Shown here in pieces: positions 26,527-39,743 of a stretch of DNA of 64,000 nucleotides (position 1 is its first letter; the number at the start of each line of letters is the position of its first letter). The notes beneath the pieces are model-generated. The model searched no databases and was not told the origin of the DNA. It saw only the letters and a program-made list of their open reading frames with translations. The translations under genes and the position numbers were made by a program. Where the stretch lies: the NCBI RefSeq assembly GCF_006345805.1, contig NC_043002.1, forward strand, positions 90,892,001-90,956,000. Reading direction: 5' to 3'. Origin of the DNA: Octopus sinensis. Taxonomy: Eukaryota.

Positions 26527-27149
26527 GCTTTTTCTTGCATAAGTTCATCACAATGTTTGGTGCATGTTATCCTTCCTTACCAACAAATCCCTTATGATAT
26601 TGTGATATACAGCTGTTTCTAGATTTTTTTTTTATTATTAAAGAAATCCTCTTTATCTTCAGTGAAGGATCCAATGCATGATGAGTTGTAATAGCTTTGT
26701 TGTTTAGAAGCTGTTAAATTGATTAGAGATGATTGGAACACTCCCTTCCCTCCTCATCCCTACCCTTATTTGAAGTCTTTCTATTTGATGTTAAATCTTC
26801 CTTGTAATCAGCCTGGATCTTCTCTTCTTTTCAATTTCATTTAGTTTTAGCAAAACGGTCCAGCGCCAACACCTCCACCACCACCGCCACCAACATTACT
26901 AATGTCTTCATGTTCGTCACCAGCGCCATCATCACCAACGTCATCATTACCAATGTTTTATCATCATCATCATCAATTCCATAATCACCCTCCTTCACTA
27001 CCGACAAACACCTTCACCAATCACCAACTTTAACACCATCATCATCATCATCATCACCACTAACAAATATAATCACCACCTCCACCACTAACACAACTAC
27101 AACTACAGCCATCAACCCTGCCATCATCACCTTAGCCACCATTGCAGTC

Positions 27150-27890
27150 TCCATTGGCAACCATCACAACAAACACTACCAGCATCACTGCCCTGTCTAC
27201 AACAACCAACACAAAATATAACTACCATCACCTTCACCACCACCACCACCACCACCACCATCATCATCACCACTATGGTCACCATGACCACCATTACAAC
27301 TACTACCATTGCCTCAACCAACATTTCCATCACCACTGCTGTCTCAGCTACCACCACTATCACAACTGCCACTACCATCACAATCACCACCACCACTGTC
27401 ACAACCACTACCACCACTACCAGAACCCTCACAACTACAATAACTACGACCACTACCATCATCCCAACTACTACCACCACCACCACCACCACCACCACCA
27501 CAATTACCCTGACTACCATCACAACTACCACAACCACCACGACTATCACAAGTACTCTGACTACCAACACAGCTACCACCACCACCACCACCACCACCAC
27601 CACCACCACCACCACCACCATCATCCCAACTACCACCACCACCAACAACATCACAACTACCATGACCACCACCACCACCACCACCACCACCATCATCCCA
27701 ACTACCACCACCACCAACAACATCACAACTACCATGACCACCACCACCACTATCACAAGTACTCTGACTACCAACACAGCTACCACCACCACCACCACCA
27801 CCACCATCATCCCAACAACCACCACCAACAATAACATCGCAACTACCATGACCACCACCACCACCATCGTTATAATTACTACTACCACTG
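27150..27890. repeat. Cryptic (ACC/ACT/ATC)n low-complexity tract with internal duplications
   Basis: Triplet-periodic CA-rich tract giving stop-free poly-Thr, poly-His and poly-Val frames. It lies inside intron 25126-37820. Confidence 0.8.
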
Positions 27891-28408
27891 TATTGTCCAC
27901 ACTGTTTAAACTGAAGTATTTTTTTTTTAAATCCCTATTCATTAATGATTCTTTACATTATTTAGAATATTTCAATAAGATCGTTATCTCAACTTTCTAC
28001 ATTGCCTCACATAACGAGAATATTTATCAGCTTTCTATCAGGATTCTTGATTTGTTAGAATTTCAAAATTTCATGATTAATTATTATCTCTATGTACCTG
28101 TGTGTGCGTGCGTGTGTGTGTGTGTGTGTGTGTGTGCGTGTGTGTGTGTATGTGTATGCATGTCTGTATGTGTATATTTGTGTTTTTGCATCTGCTTGTG
28201 TGCGTATCCTTCCATTTATTCTTGTTTCTCTTTGAATAGTCATCATACATGTGTTGTGTGTGTGCGTGTGTGTGTGAGTGTATACATACACACACACATA
28301 TATATGTATAACATTATTAAGTTAAGAGAGTTTGGTGAAATGGATTCCCCCAATCCACTAAATAATAGTGATAAAGGTAGTAGTAGTAGCAGTAGCAGTA
28401 GTAGTAGT

Positions 28409-28561
<153 letters not shown>

Positions 28562-28802
28562 GGTGGTGGTGTCATAGAGAACGGATTAAATGAGATTGGA
28601 ACGGAATGTCCTGTAGAGCTTTAAACAGATATTTTGCCTCTTAGGAAACAGGAAAGATTATCAGAAGTGTTTTCAACACTGGATGGCTTATTGAAATTAT
28701 GAGGATATTTAAGGCTACAGGTAGTTTACCCATGACCCACATAAATTCTACCAGAAACAAGACCAACCCTGAGCCAAGTCAAATGATAATAATTACAAAT
28801 GT

Positions 28803-29036
28803 AATAATAATAATAATAATAATAATACTCTTTTACTCTTTTACTTGTTTCAGTCATTTGACTGCGGCCATGCTGGAGCACCGCCTTTAGTCGAGCAAAT
28901 CGACCCCGGGACTTATTCTTTGTAAGCCCAGTACTTATTCTATCGGTCTCTTTTGCCGAACCGCTAAGTGACGGGGACATAAACACACCAGCATCGGTTG
29001 TCAAGCAATGTTGGGGGGACAAACACAGACACACAA

Positions 29037-29071
<35 letters not shown>

Positions 29072-29801
29072 CGATGGGCTTCTTTCAGTTTCCGTCTACC
29101 AAATCCACTCACAAGGCTTTGGTCGACCGGGGCTATAGTAGAAGACACTTGCCCAAGGTGCCACGCAGTGGGACTGAACCCGGAACCATGTGGTTGGTAA
29201 ACAAGCTACTTACCACACAGCCACTCCTGTGCCTAATAGTTCGATCATTTATTGGCCACAAGGGCTAACAAAAATCAATTAAAACATAAAGGGACAAAAC
29301 ACAGGACGAAAGTTACAAAGGGTTTTGTCCGTTTGAAAAAGTTCATGTTCAAAAGCAGGGTAACAACGAAATGTAAGTAACAATTAAAACTCCCAAATGG
29401 GGGAGGCGCTTCGAAATGTTACTCGTGGAAAAACCCATAAAAGCCACAGGAGCCTGGTCAAAAGGTCGGTAGAGAGCCCCTTTCTCCTTTTATATTTCCT
29501 TTTAATTTTCACAGGTGTATCCTCAGAATTGGTCTGTTCATACTGGACATTCTTGCGACATTCATAATAATAATAATATAATAATAATAATACTCTTTTA
29601 CTCTTTTACTTGTTTCAGTCATTTGACTGCGGCCATGCTGGAGCACCGCCTTTAGTCGAGCAAATCGACCCCGGGACTTATTCTTTGTAAGCCCAGTACT
29701 TATTCTATCGGTCTCTTTTGCCGAACCGCTAAGTGACGGGGACATAAACACACCAGCATTGGTTGTCAAGCAATGTTGGGGGGACAAACACAGACACACA
29801 A

Positions 29802-29832
<31 letters not shown>

Positions 29833-30350
29833 CGATGGGCTTCTTTCAGTTTCCGTCTACCAAATCCACTCACAAGGCTTTGGTCGGACCGGGGCTATAG
29901 TAGAAGACACCTGCCCAAGGTGCCACGCAGTGGGACTGAACCCGGAACCATGTGGTTGGTAAACAAGCTACTTACCACACAGCCACTCCTGTGCCTAATA
30001 GTTCGATCGTTTATTGGCCACAAGGGCTAACAAAAATCAATTAAAACATAAAGGGACAAAACACAGGACGAAAGTTACAAAGGGTTTTGTCCGTTTGAAA
30101 AAGTTCATGTTCAAAAGCAGGGTAACAACGAAATGTAAGTAACAATTAAAACTCCCAAATGGGGGAGGCGCTTCGAAATGTTACTCGTGGAAAAACCCAT
30201 AAAAGCCACGGGAGCCTGGTCAAAAGGTCGGTAGAGAGCCCCTTTCTCCTTTTATATTTCCTTTTAATTTTCACAGGTGTATCCTCAGAATTGGTCTGTT
30301 CATACTGGACATTCTTGCGACATTCATAATAATAATAATAATAATAATAA
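28803..30350 (+). repeat. Tandem duplication, period 765 bp (SINE A + LINE 3' end)
   Basis: Matching ORFs at 29008 and 29773. Units are bounded by (TAA)n tracts, with about five differences seen by eye. Confidence 0.9.
29238..29565 (-). mobile_element. LINE 3' end (tentatively L1/Tx1-like), present twice because of the tandem duplication (second copy about 30003-30325)
   Basis: Minus strand carries a short ORF tail MNVARMSSMNRPILRIHL*, then about 290 nt of 3'UTR ending agcccttgtggccAATAAA. Clade assignment is from recollection only. Confidence 0.4.
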
Positions 30351-30496
30351 TCCTTTCTATTAAAAGCACAAAGTCTGAAATTTGGGAGAGCGTACTAGTC
30401 GATTACATCGACCACAGTACTCAACTGGTACTTATTTTATCGACCCCGAAAGTTTGAAAGGCAAAGTCAACCTTGGCAAAATTTGAACTCAGAATG

Positions 30497-31218
30497 TAAA
30501 GATGGACAAAATGCCACAGAGCATTTTGCCCAATGTGCTAACAATTTTGCCAACTCACCACCCTAATAATAATAACAGCAATTTTAATAATATTATTGGT
30601 AATTGTTGTAATAATGATAATAATAATCATAACAATAATGATGATATAAAGTGTAATAGTGAAAAACAACTTAGAGTTATAGATAATGAATTTGAAATAT
30701 CTAGCTTGGATAGAGAAAACATGTATATTATGTCTATCATATCTTGATATAGAAGAGATTCCTAGCTCAACACTAAATATAGTCAATAAGAACTTTTCAG
30801 GCACACAAAAAAAAAATTCTCAAACATAGACTTAGCTGGATATTTAGCAATAAAAATGTAAAGATGGACAAAATGCCACAGAGCATTTTGCCCAATGTGC
30901 TAACAATTTTGCCAACTCACCACCCTAATAATAATAACAGCAATTTTAATAATATTAATGGTAATTGTTGTAATAATGATAATAATAATCATAACAATAA
31001 TGATGATATAAAGTGTGATAGTGAAAAACAACTTAGAGTTATAGATAATGAATTTGAAATATCTAGCTTGGATAGAGAAAACATGTATATTATGTCTATC
31101 ATATCTTGATATAGAAGAGATTCCTAGCTCAACACTAAATATAGTCAATAAGAACTTTTCAGGCACACAAAACAAAAAATTCTCAAACATAGACTTAGCT
31201 GGATATTTAGCAATAAAA
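30497..31218 (+). repeat. Tandem duplication, period 362 bp
   Basis: Near-identical ORFs at 30502 and 30864. The junction falls inside a SINE B head (aat|gtaaagatggac). Confidence 0.9.
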
Positions 31219-31769
31219 ATCAACTGGAATATTCATTGTATAACCAATGCTAAAGAAAAAAACTTTTATAAGTTTATAAATTTTCAGTAACTATCATATA
31301 CTATTATATAGGTGCTTGCACAACTGATTTTAAGTCAAGATTATATTATCATGTTTTATGTCTGGAGTCTCAAATATAGGAATGTTAGGTAAGGTATTAA
31401 ATGATCTAAATGATATAAATAGTGCACTGCCCAGTAATAGGAGGAAACAGCAATGCAATGACTCAAGGAGACACTGCATATCTTTACATCCAAATCTAAC
31501 ATATTAAATAAACAAAAATGAATTAATATTAGGTTGTATACATTTGCTTTGAAGAACCTTTAAAACCTTCCCAAATAAATAAGGTAATAATTAGTAATAT
31601 ATGGCGTACTAATATAGGTTGGGTCTATCTTTCTTCATTTTGTATATTTAGTATATTTTATATAGCTAGTATTATTTAATAGATACATTAATATATATTT
31701 TTTGTCTGATTATTTCAATCATCTTAATTTTCTGAATAATATTATTATTGTTGTTATTATTATTATTCT

Positions 31770-31925
31770 ATGTTTGACTTTGCTTTATATTTGTACAAGT
31801 TGGCTCCAAGTCTCACCCAGAGACCTCAAGAGACAACAGGGTTGGAAGTTCATGTTGTTGTTATGCCTAGTGTGCCATATATTTGGGGGGTGGGATTTTG
31901 TACTAATGATGTCTAAAAAAAAAAG

Positions 31926-31956
<31 letters not shown>

Positions 31957-34541
31957 CGAAAATTATGGTTGTTTTAAACCTTGAGGTTACATAGAGAGTA
32001 TTTTGCGTAGGATATGAGCAGTTCCCATGAGCACTATCTTTTGAACTTCTGCCATTTTGAGGTTTCCTGGTATCTGAGTTAGGTAGCTATCAGCCCCTTT
32101 TGCTATCATTCCCAGGGCACCTATGACAACAGGTATTGTTTTAGTCTTCAGCTTCCACATTTTGCTGATTTCTATTTCAAGATCTTTATATTTGCTCAGT
32201 TTTTGGTAGGTCCTGACAGATACGTTTATATCGATTGGGCAGTCATATCAATGAGGAGGCATGTTCTTTGTTTGAAGTCTTTCAATATGATGTCTGCCTA
32301 TTTGCATCTATCTTCCTGTCAGTTTGAATGGTGAAGTTCCAGAGGAGTGAGATGTGGTCATTTTCAAGCACTGGGGGTGGTTTGTGTTCCCACCAGTTTT
32401 TCTCATGGGGCAACTCCAGGTTTTTACAGATACCCAGTGAATATATTGTGCAGCTCTATCGTGCCTGTTGAGATACTCTGTAGGCGCTAGAAGACTGCAC
32501 TTGGAGACAACATGGTCAATGGTTTCATTTTGTTGCTTGCATACACGACACGTTGGACTGCTTCTGATCTTTAATATGTTGGCCTGGTAGTTTCTTGTTG
32601 GTAGGCATTGATCTTGAGCTGCTATGATAAACCCCTCTGTTTCAGATTTTAAGCAGAGGCCATTAGCCATTGATGGGTCAGGGCTTTGTCGATATCTGCA
32701 TTATTCGCTCTCTTTGGGTATTTGCCGTAGAGAGGTTTTTCTTGCCATTTATTATTCAGAATATCTAAGGCGCAGTTTTGGCACGGGTTTTCATGCGCCT
32801 AGCTTTTTCTGGCTTGTTTCTTGTATGTCTATCTCTAATTCCGAAATTGGTTGTATTCGGAATTCACTTAGATATTCCTTTGCCTGTTTTGTTACTGAGT
32901 ATGATGCTTTCTTGTTTTCATGTTTTGAGACAAGTTTTAACATCCAGTCCTCAGAGTTTTTCAGGTAGGTGTCTAGGCCAATTGTAGCAATCTTCATTGT
33001 TATTGCCAGTTGCAAAAGACCACGGCCTCCCTCTTTCTTGGCAGATAGAGTCGTTCTGTATCTGCCTTAGGGTGGTGCATTCTATGCATTGTCAACAGTT
33101 TCCTTATTTTTCTGTCGAGCTGACATATTTCAGTAATTGACCAGTTAACAATATTGAAACTGTAAGTCACGACTGGTATAGCTAATGCATTGATTGCTTC
33201 TATCCTGTTTCTTGCATTCAGCTCTGTCTTGAGTATTGCTCTCACTCTTCGATAGCATTCTCTCCTGATCCTTTCCTTCATCTCTGAATGCCTTATTCCG
33301 TTCCCTTCAATTACCCCTAGGTACTTGTAGCTCTCCGCTGGGTCTAGTTCTTTTATGACATTCTGTTGGTCAAGGTTAACGTTAGATGTTTCTGTCATTT
33401 TTCCTTTGATAAAGGTAGCCTTTGCACATTTATCGAGGCCGAATTGCATTCTGATGTCGTCACTGAATTGTTTGACTATCGCTAGTAAGCCCTTGAGTTG
33501 TTGATCATTTTTTGCAAAAAGCTTTAAATCATCCATGTAAACGAGATGATTTATATTTTTATCAAACATTTTATACCCGTACTGCGCGTCATTGAGCAAC
33601 TTTGAGAGAGGTATTAAGGATAAACAAAAGAGGAGTGGTGACAGTGAGTCACCCTGGAAAATGCCACACGAAATTTTTACATCACCAGCATTTAGGGATT
33701 CACTGTCACTGTTCAGAGTTAGTGTGGTTCTCCATGATCTCATACTTACAGTCAAGAAGTTTCGCAGAGTTGGTGCTATCTAATCCAGCTATGTGGTAGG
33801 CTATCAAAAGCCTTTTTATAGTCTATCCAGGCTATTGATAAGTTTTTGTGTCATTTGTGACAATCTTCTAAGATCATCTTATGATGAGTAGTTGGTCTTT
33901 ACAGCCGTAGGATCCACGTTTACATCCTTTCTGTTCATTAGGGAATATGTGCTGTCTGTTAAAAAACTATAGGTATATTCCGTCAGGACAGATGTTAGAG
34001 TTTTGTACATAGTTGTTAAGCAGGTTATGGGTCTATAGTTTTTTGGTTCATTTGTTTCTTCACTTTTTGGAAGCAGGAATGTTAACCCATTAACTAGCCA
34101 AGGAGGCATCCTACTAGGGTGTTGCAGAACATCATTGTACAGTTCTGTTAGCAGTTCATGGCTCTCTGGGAAGGCATTCAGCCAGAAGTTAGGAATTTTA
34201 TCCTTTCCTGGAGACTTCCATTTGCTTGACCTCCTGAGAGCAGATCTTATATCTTCTACCTTGACACCCTCCCACTTTTGCTCTTCTAAGGGGTCCAGTT
34301 CTGTAGATATTCTGTCAATCCAGGGGGCCTTTTCGTTGTGTTTTTTCTTCTGCCCAGATTTTATTCCAAAATCTCTGCACTTCTTCTTTTGATGGTACAG
34401 ACCCTGCAGTAAACGCTGTTTTTCCTATCTTCCTGTAAAAATTCTTGGTGTATTTTTGAACATGTTGTTGTCCTGAAAAATCTAACACGCTTTTCATACC
34501 TCGCTATGCGGGTAGCTTTGGCAGATACCTTTTGTTTGATG

Positions 34542-34542
<1 letters not shown>
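31770..34542 (-). mobile_element. 5'-truncated, frameshifted R4/Dong-type non-LTR retrotransposon (RT + CCHC + restriction-like endonuclease)
   Basis: Minus-strand fragments give RT motifs GIFQGDSLSPLLFCLSL and YMDDLKLFAK, CCHC knuckle CRVCKQQNETIDHVVSKC, and RLE segment ANR(P)DIILKDFKQRTCLLIDM. Several frameshifts. Both ends abut TAA/ATT repeats (31735-31770 and 34543-34620). Confidence 0.88.
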
Positions 34543-34619
<77 letters not shown>

Positions 34620-35929
34620 TAAGGTGGTGAGCTGGCAGAATTGTCACTGTGCCGGGAAAAATGCTTAGTAGCATTTTTCCTAATTTTACATTCTGAGTTC
34701 AAGTGCTGCCGGAGTTGACATTGCTTGTCATCTTCTTGGATCAATAAAATAAGTACCAGTTGACCACAGGGGCCAATGTAATCAACTTACTTCCTCCCCT
34801 GGATTTGCTGGCTCTGTGCCAAAATTTGAAATCATCATTATTATTATTTTAACTGTTTTTAAATTCTGTAATTAGATTGTTTAATTATTATTTTTTGATT
34901 AATTTAAAATTTATTTTTAGATTTAGCACTTTAATTTTATTTTTTCACTTTCATTTATCTCAATCATATCACAATAATTTTAATTTTTAAATATTTATTC
35001 TTTTGAGGAAAATATTTTTGAAATAGAATATCTTCCGTAGTGTATAATATATTGGTTATTTTCCTTTAAAATTCTCATTAACTCAGCCTGTCTTCTCATA
35101 GTTTATATTTAGAATTAATACTGTTCAAATGACATTTCCATCATGATTTAAATGATTATCAATGATTTAAATGATTAAATACAAATGCAGCTTGGTTCTG
35201 CATATGTATTTGAATTGGCCAGTAATAGTTTAAATGTGAGTAGGTATTTTACATAAACTTTCAAGTCAACAAGTTGTACTGAAGACTCTAAGTACCATAT
35301 TGGTTTTCAATTTTAGCACAAAACCAGTACTTTTGAGAGAGGTAGTAAGTTGATTACATTGACCCCAGTGCTCAACTGGTACTTATTTTACCAACCCTGA
35401 AGTAAAGAAAGGCAAAGTTGACCCCAGTGGCTTTAGAACTCAGAACATGAAGTCAGAAGAAATGCTACAAGACATTTTGTCTGGCACGTAAACAATTCTA
35501 CCAGCTCAATACCTTGACCCTAAGTACCATTATAAATTCTAGCTTAATCTGGGAAGCACCATTTCTAAGTAGGTCCACTAGAAACCCCTCTACTCCTTAT
35601 ACTGATCATATATTTTTAGTTTTACTAGTGTTTTCCTTAAAATGTTCTCTAATGAAAGTAGTGTGGTATAGCTTTGATAAGGATAGGATGGTGTTTAATT
35701 TCTCTATTTCTGTGGAATTTTAGTACATCATATAACTATGCATTAATATGCATGATTACTGCATTGCAGAATTTTGGAATTTGCCAATTTATATGAAACA
35801 TGTGTAAGCTAATTAAATAATGTAAAATTCTCCATTCTTTTGTGTTTTTCTGTACGTATACACATGAGTGGGCACATGCATACACACACACACACACACA
35901 TACACATATTGTTCTTATATCCACTTCTC

Positions 35930-37130
35930 CCGTCCTGACATGGATTCAACTTCTTGAGATCAACTTTTTCCCCTTCTGCCCTAACTCTTCCTCTTCTGCA
36001 GATTCCACTTTGAACACTTATACTTCTACACCCAACTGTCAAATCTTCAAGCACATCGCATGTCCACACCATCACTATCACCTCTTTTGCATACTATACT
36101 GAATTTTTCCTACACTTAGTTTTGCTCTCAGCTCATTTGTACTCCATCATTCATACCCATAATTTCCGCTATGTAACATTGCATTGCACTTCATACACAT
36201 TCATCTTACAATTTAGCCTTCACTTACAACCAGAAGCACTTTGTTACCAGTAGAGGTAATATCTTCTTGAACATCATCCACTCTGTTCTTGCGTAAACCT
36301 TATCATTTGGTCTCTTCAGTAAGAGAAGCTCTCAAATATGGAGTTTCTTGAGAATTTGAAAGAATTTATTTCCTAGATCCTCTTACTGCTATCTTTTTCT
36401 ATATATTCTGTCCTTTTTCTTTATATAAAATCTTCCTTCTTTATTATCCTCCCTGTAACCCACAACACCACTTGTACACCCATAGTTTACATTGGGGAGA
36501 CCATATGGACTTTATATATTAGTGACAGAGGCAGTATTAAATCTGAGAGGTAATATTTATCTCATTTAAATATGGATTTTCTGTTAGAACAAGCTATACT
36601 GTAGTAAATACCATGAGAAAAACTCTTATATCGGTTTTTGGTGCAAAACAAGAGTGCATTTTATACCCAAAAGCCAATATGAGAATTTCTCTCATTGTAT
36701 CAACCATAGTATAGTTTGTTCCACAAAACATCCACATTTAAGTGGGATAAATATTACCTCTCCATTCGGAATTTCTTCTTATTCCTTTTTAGTACATCAA
36801 GCCTGTCCGTTTTCCTGATGGTGAAATCTTGTCATCTTTCTGGCCAACTTAAACTTAGCTAGATTTACTTTGTCAACCCTTGATTTTTAGTTTTGCTTTC
36901 TCCTGCATGCTAAATTTCTCATTGAATTCATTGTCATTTCTTATCTTGTTTAAGAGATTTCAACACATAACTTGTTTCTATCTTGAGCATCTGTATGCGC
37001 TTGGGTATGGCATCTCCCTGTAACTATCTGATTAACTACATAATTAACTGGTGTGAGCACTGGATATTCTCAGCATCTCACTGACTATACAAAATGATCC
37101 AACTGTTTTCTCTGCTTTCATATCTTAAAT
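35930..37130 (-). mobile_element. Degenerate RTE-type LINE RT fragment
   Basis: Minus-strand stop-interrupted translations such as WMMFKKILPLLVTK, WCGHAM and KSRVDKVNLAK resemble the RTE ORF C-terminal half. Confidence 0.55.
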
Positions 37131-37820
37131 CATACTTTTTGACCATATAGCTGTTAACTGTGATAGCTGGTCCCTCTGTTGGGGCCACTTGGGGCCACTT
37201 TGGGTGGTCTGTGTTTCTCAGTGTCTTCTACATATCATGCAACTATAAAAATGAATAATATCATCTTTATATACATACATATATATATCATCATCATCAT
37301 CATCATTTAGCGTCCGCTTTCCATGCTAGCATGAGTTGGACGGTTCAACTGGGGTCTGTGAAGCCAGAAGGCTGCATCAGGCCCAGTCTCATCTGGCAGT
37401 ATTTCTACGGCTGGATGCCCTTCCTAACGCCAACCACTCTGTGAGTGTAGTGGGTGCTTTTTACGTGCCACCCACACAGGTGCCAGACGAAGCTGGCAAA
37501 CGGCCACAAACGGATGGTGCTTTTACGTGCCACTGGCATGGAGGCCAGGCGAGGCTGGCAATGCACATGAACGGATGGTGCTTTTACGTGCCACCGGCAT
37601 AGAGGCCAGTCGGGGTGGCGCTGGCAATGGCCACGATCAGATGGTTCGCTTAACCACAGCTGAAATTTCCATTGATGTTGATCGACTTCAATTTTGGTTC
37701 TGCTTTCTGATATCTGATTTGATTTGGTTTGATTTTGATTTTGATTATATATATATATATACAGACATGTATGTATGTATGTATGTATGTATGTATTATA
37801 TGAGAACGTTTTATTTACAG

Positions 37821-37918
37821 GTATGTGATGTTATATCTAAATGGGAACAAGCTTTCCGTGACAGTCACTCAGGGAAAATAGACTCTAATAGCACAATTCG
37901 TTTTCTGTTCAAGAATAG
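37821..37918 (+). CDS. PLEKHH1/2: Internal exon of PLEKHH1/2-like gene, FERM domain
   Basis: Acceptor ttatttacAG, donor GTaagt. 98 nt encoding VCDVISKWEQAFRDSHSGKIDSNSTIRFLFKN plus AG of a split Arg codon (phase 0 in, phase 2 out). Confidence 0.92.
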
Positions 37919-38352
37919 GTAAGTTTTCTTTTATCATTCTTTAAATGTAATCCATGTCTTCATTTTAAACTCAGTGACAAAGTATTAAATATTCCTATTG
38001 TTTTCCGAATGAGATGATTCTTAGAGCCAAAATGAAAATCTTTCTTTCAGCCACAAACAAAACATTCAGTTCTTATGAAACTGAAACTCTTCTGAGAATC
38101 AAATTTATATTTTGCTTGTCTTGAATTGTTCAACCCCAGGTTACCCTTATTAGACTGTGCTGTGATCATAGATATTCCAACTATGACAATACTATCTATA
38201 TTTTGTTTCAGGCATAGTGCCTTTGGGACTACATTGTCCAAAATGGTAAACTTTAATATATGTGACTTTTGGCTACTATTTCTAGGAGTTGTTTTTACCT
38301 CATTAGCCTCTCCTTCTTTAGTTGAGAAATAAAGTAACAGGAACAAACAGAA

Positions 38353-38546
38353 CATGTACATTATTTACATTATTTACATTCGATGGATATTTGTCCTCAT
38401 CTTGTTTGTTGTTAACACAATGTTTCGGCTGATATACCCTCCATCTGCTTCAGGTGTCTTGGAGAAATTTCGAACCTGGGTTCTCATTCCTGAGGTATTT
38501 TTCGATGTTGTTGTTATTATTATCATCATCATCATCATCATCATCA

Positions 38547-38605
<59 letters not shown>

Positions 38606-38619
38606 TTTTATTACTGAAC

Positions 38620-38669
<50 letters not shown>

Positions 38670-38820
38670 TAACAATAATAATAATAATAACATCGAAAAA
38701 TACCTCAGGAATGAGAACTCAGGTTTGAAGTTTCTCCAAGACACCTGAAGAAGCCTGGAGGGTATATCAGTCGAAACATTATGTTAACAACAAACAAGAT
38801 GAATGTAAATAATGTACATA
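38353..38820. mobile_element. Inverted-repeat element around (ATT)n/(AAT)n with decayed hammerhead motif
   Basis: About 38353-38515 and 38685-38820 are reverse complements. The right arm has ACAC-CTGAAGA-AGCCTG..CAGTC-GAAA-CATTATGT. Inferred consensus GAAA-CG-TT-GTGT with CpG decay. Confidence 0.55.
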
Positions 38821-39210
38821 ATTCCTCATCTCTTAAATATTGAACTGTAGAACAAGTATGGTTAAGAAGTTTATTGCACAATCAAATGGTTCTTGATTTC
38901 ACAGTCTGACTGCAATGCACCTTGGCAAGAGTCCTCTACTATAATTTCAAGTTGACCAATACCTTGTAAATTGAATTTACCAAAAAAAATCTATTGAAGA
39001 CTGTTGTGTGTGTGTGTGTGTGTGTGTGCCTGTGTGTGTATCCTTTAGGTTCGTTTATGAGAGATGTTTTTGAATATTGCTATAGAACCTTCTACTTTAT
39101 TATGTGGGCCTAATGATACCAACTGACAATAGCAGTTTTTTGGGGGGCTGCACCAAGCTGGGCCAACATAAGATAGGATAAATATTGTAATAATAATAAT
39201 AATAATAATG

Positions 39211-39257
<47 letters not shown>

Positions 39258-39259
<2 letters not shown>

Positions 39260-39690
39260 AACAGATTTGCTTGTCAGTTGTTTGACCATAACCAGTTGAG
39301 CATATCCCTTAGTGGCTGATGATATGTGCATCTCTGATCACAAGCAGAAGTAGTGGGGGAGCATCATAGTCATGTGTTGAGAGATATTCTTTGGGGTTTG
39401 AATAATTCAGCTCTGGAAACATGGGTGTTTCGTTCAACATCCTTAGACAACTCTTATTCAGGGACCTTTTGAGCAGAATGGGTTACTCAACCGGAAAATT
39501 CTAACTGGACCCCCACCTGCAAGGCCATGTGCTGTTTATCTTGATATGAGATCACCATGTCGTGCACATATGGTTGTGATGCACGTGCCTGGTGTACCCT
39601 TATAAGACAGGTAGTCATGATGGGTATACTGAGCTTCATATATTTTACCCCAGTGTCACTTTGATGGCATGCACTGTTCTCTCACTCAAT
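39258..39690. repeat. Unclassified ~430 bp insertion between two (TAA)n arrays
   Basis: Complex sequence bounded by TAA tracts at 39185-39257 and 39688-39778. No ORF or motif recognised. Confidence 0.35.
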
Positions 39691-39705
39691 AATAATAATA
39701 ATAAC

Positions 39706-39743
<38 letters not shown>

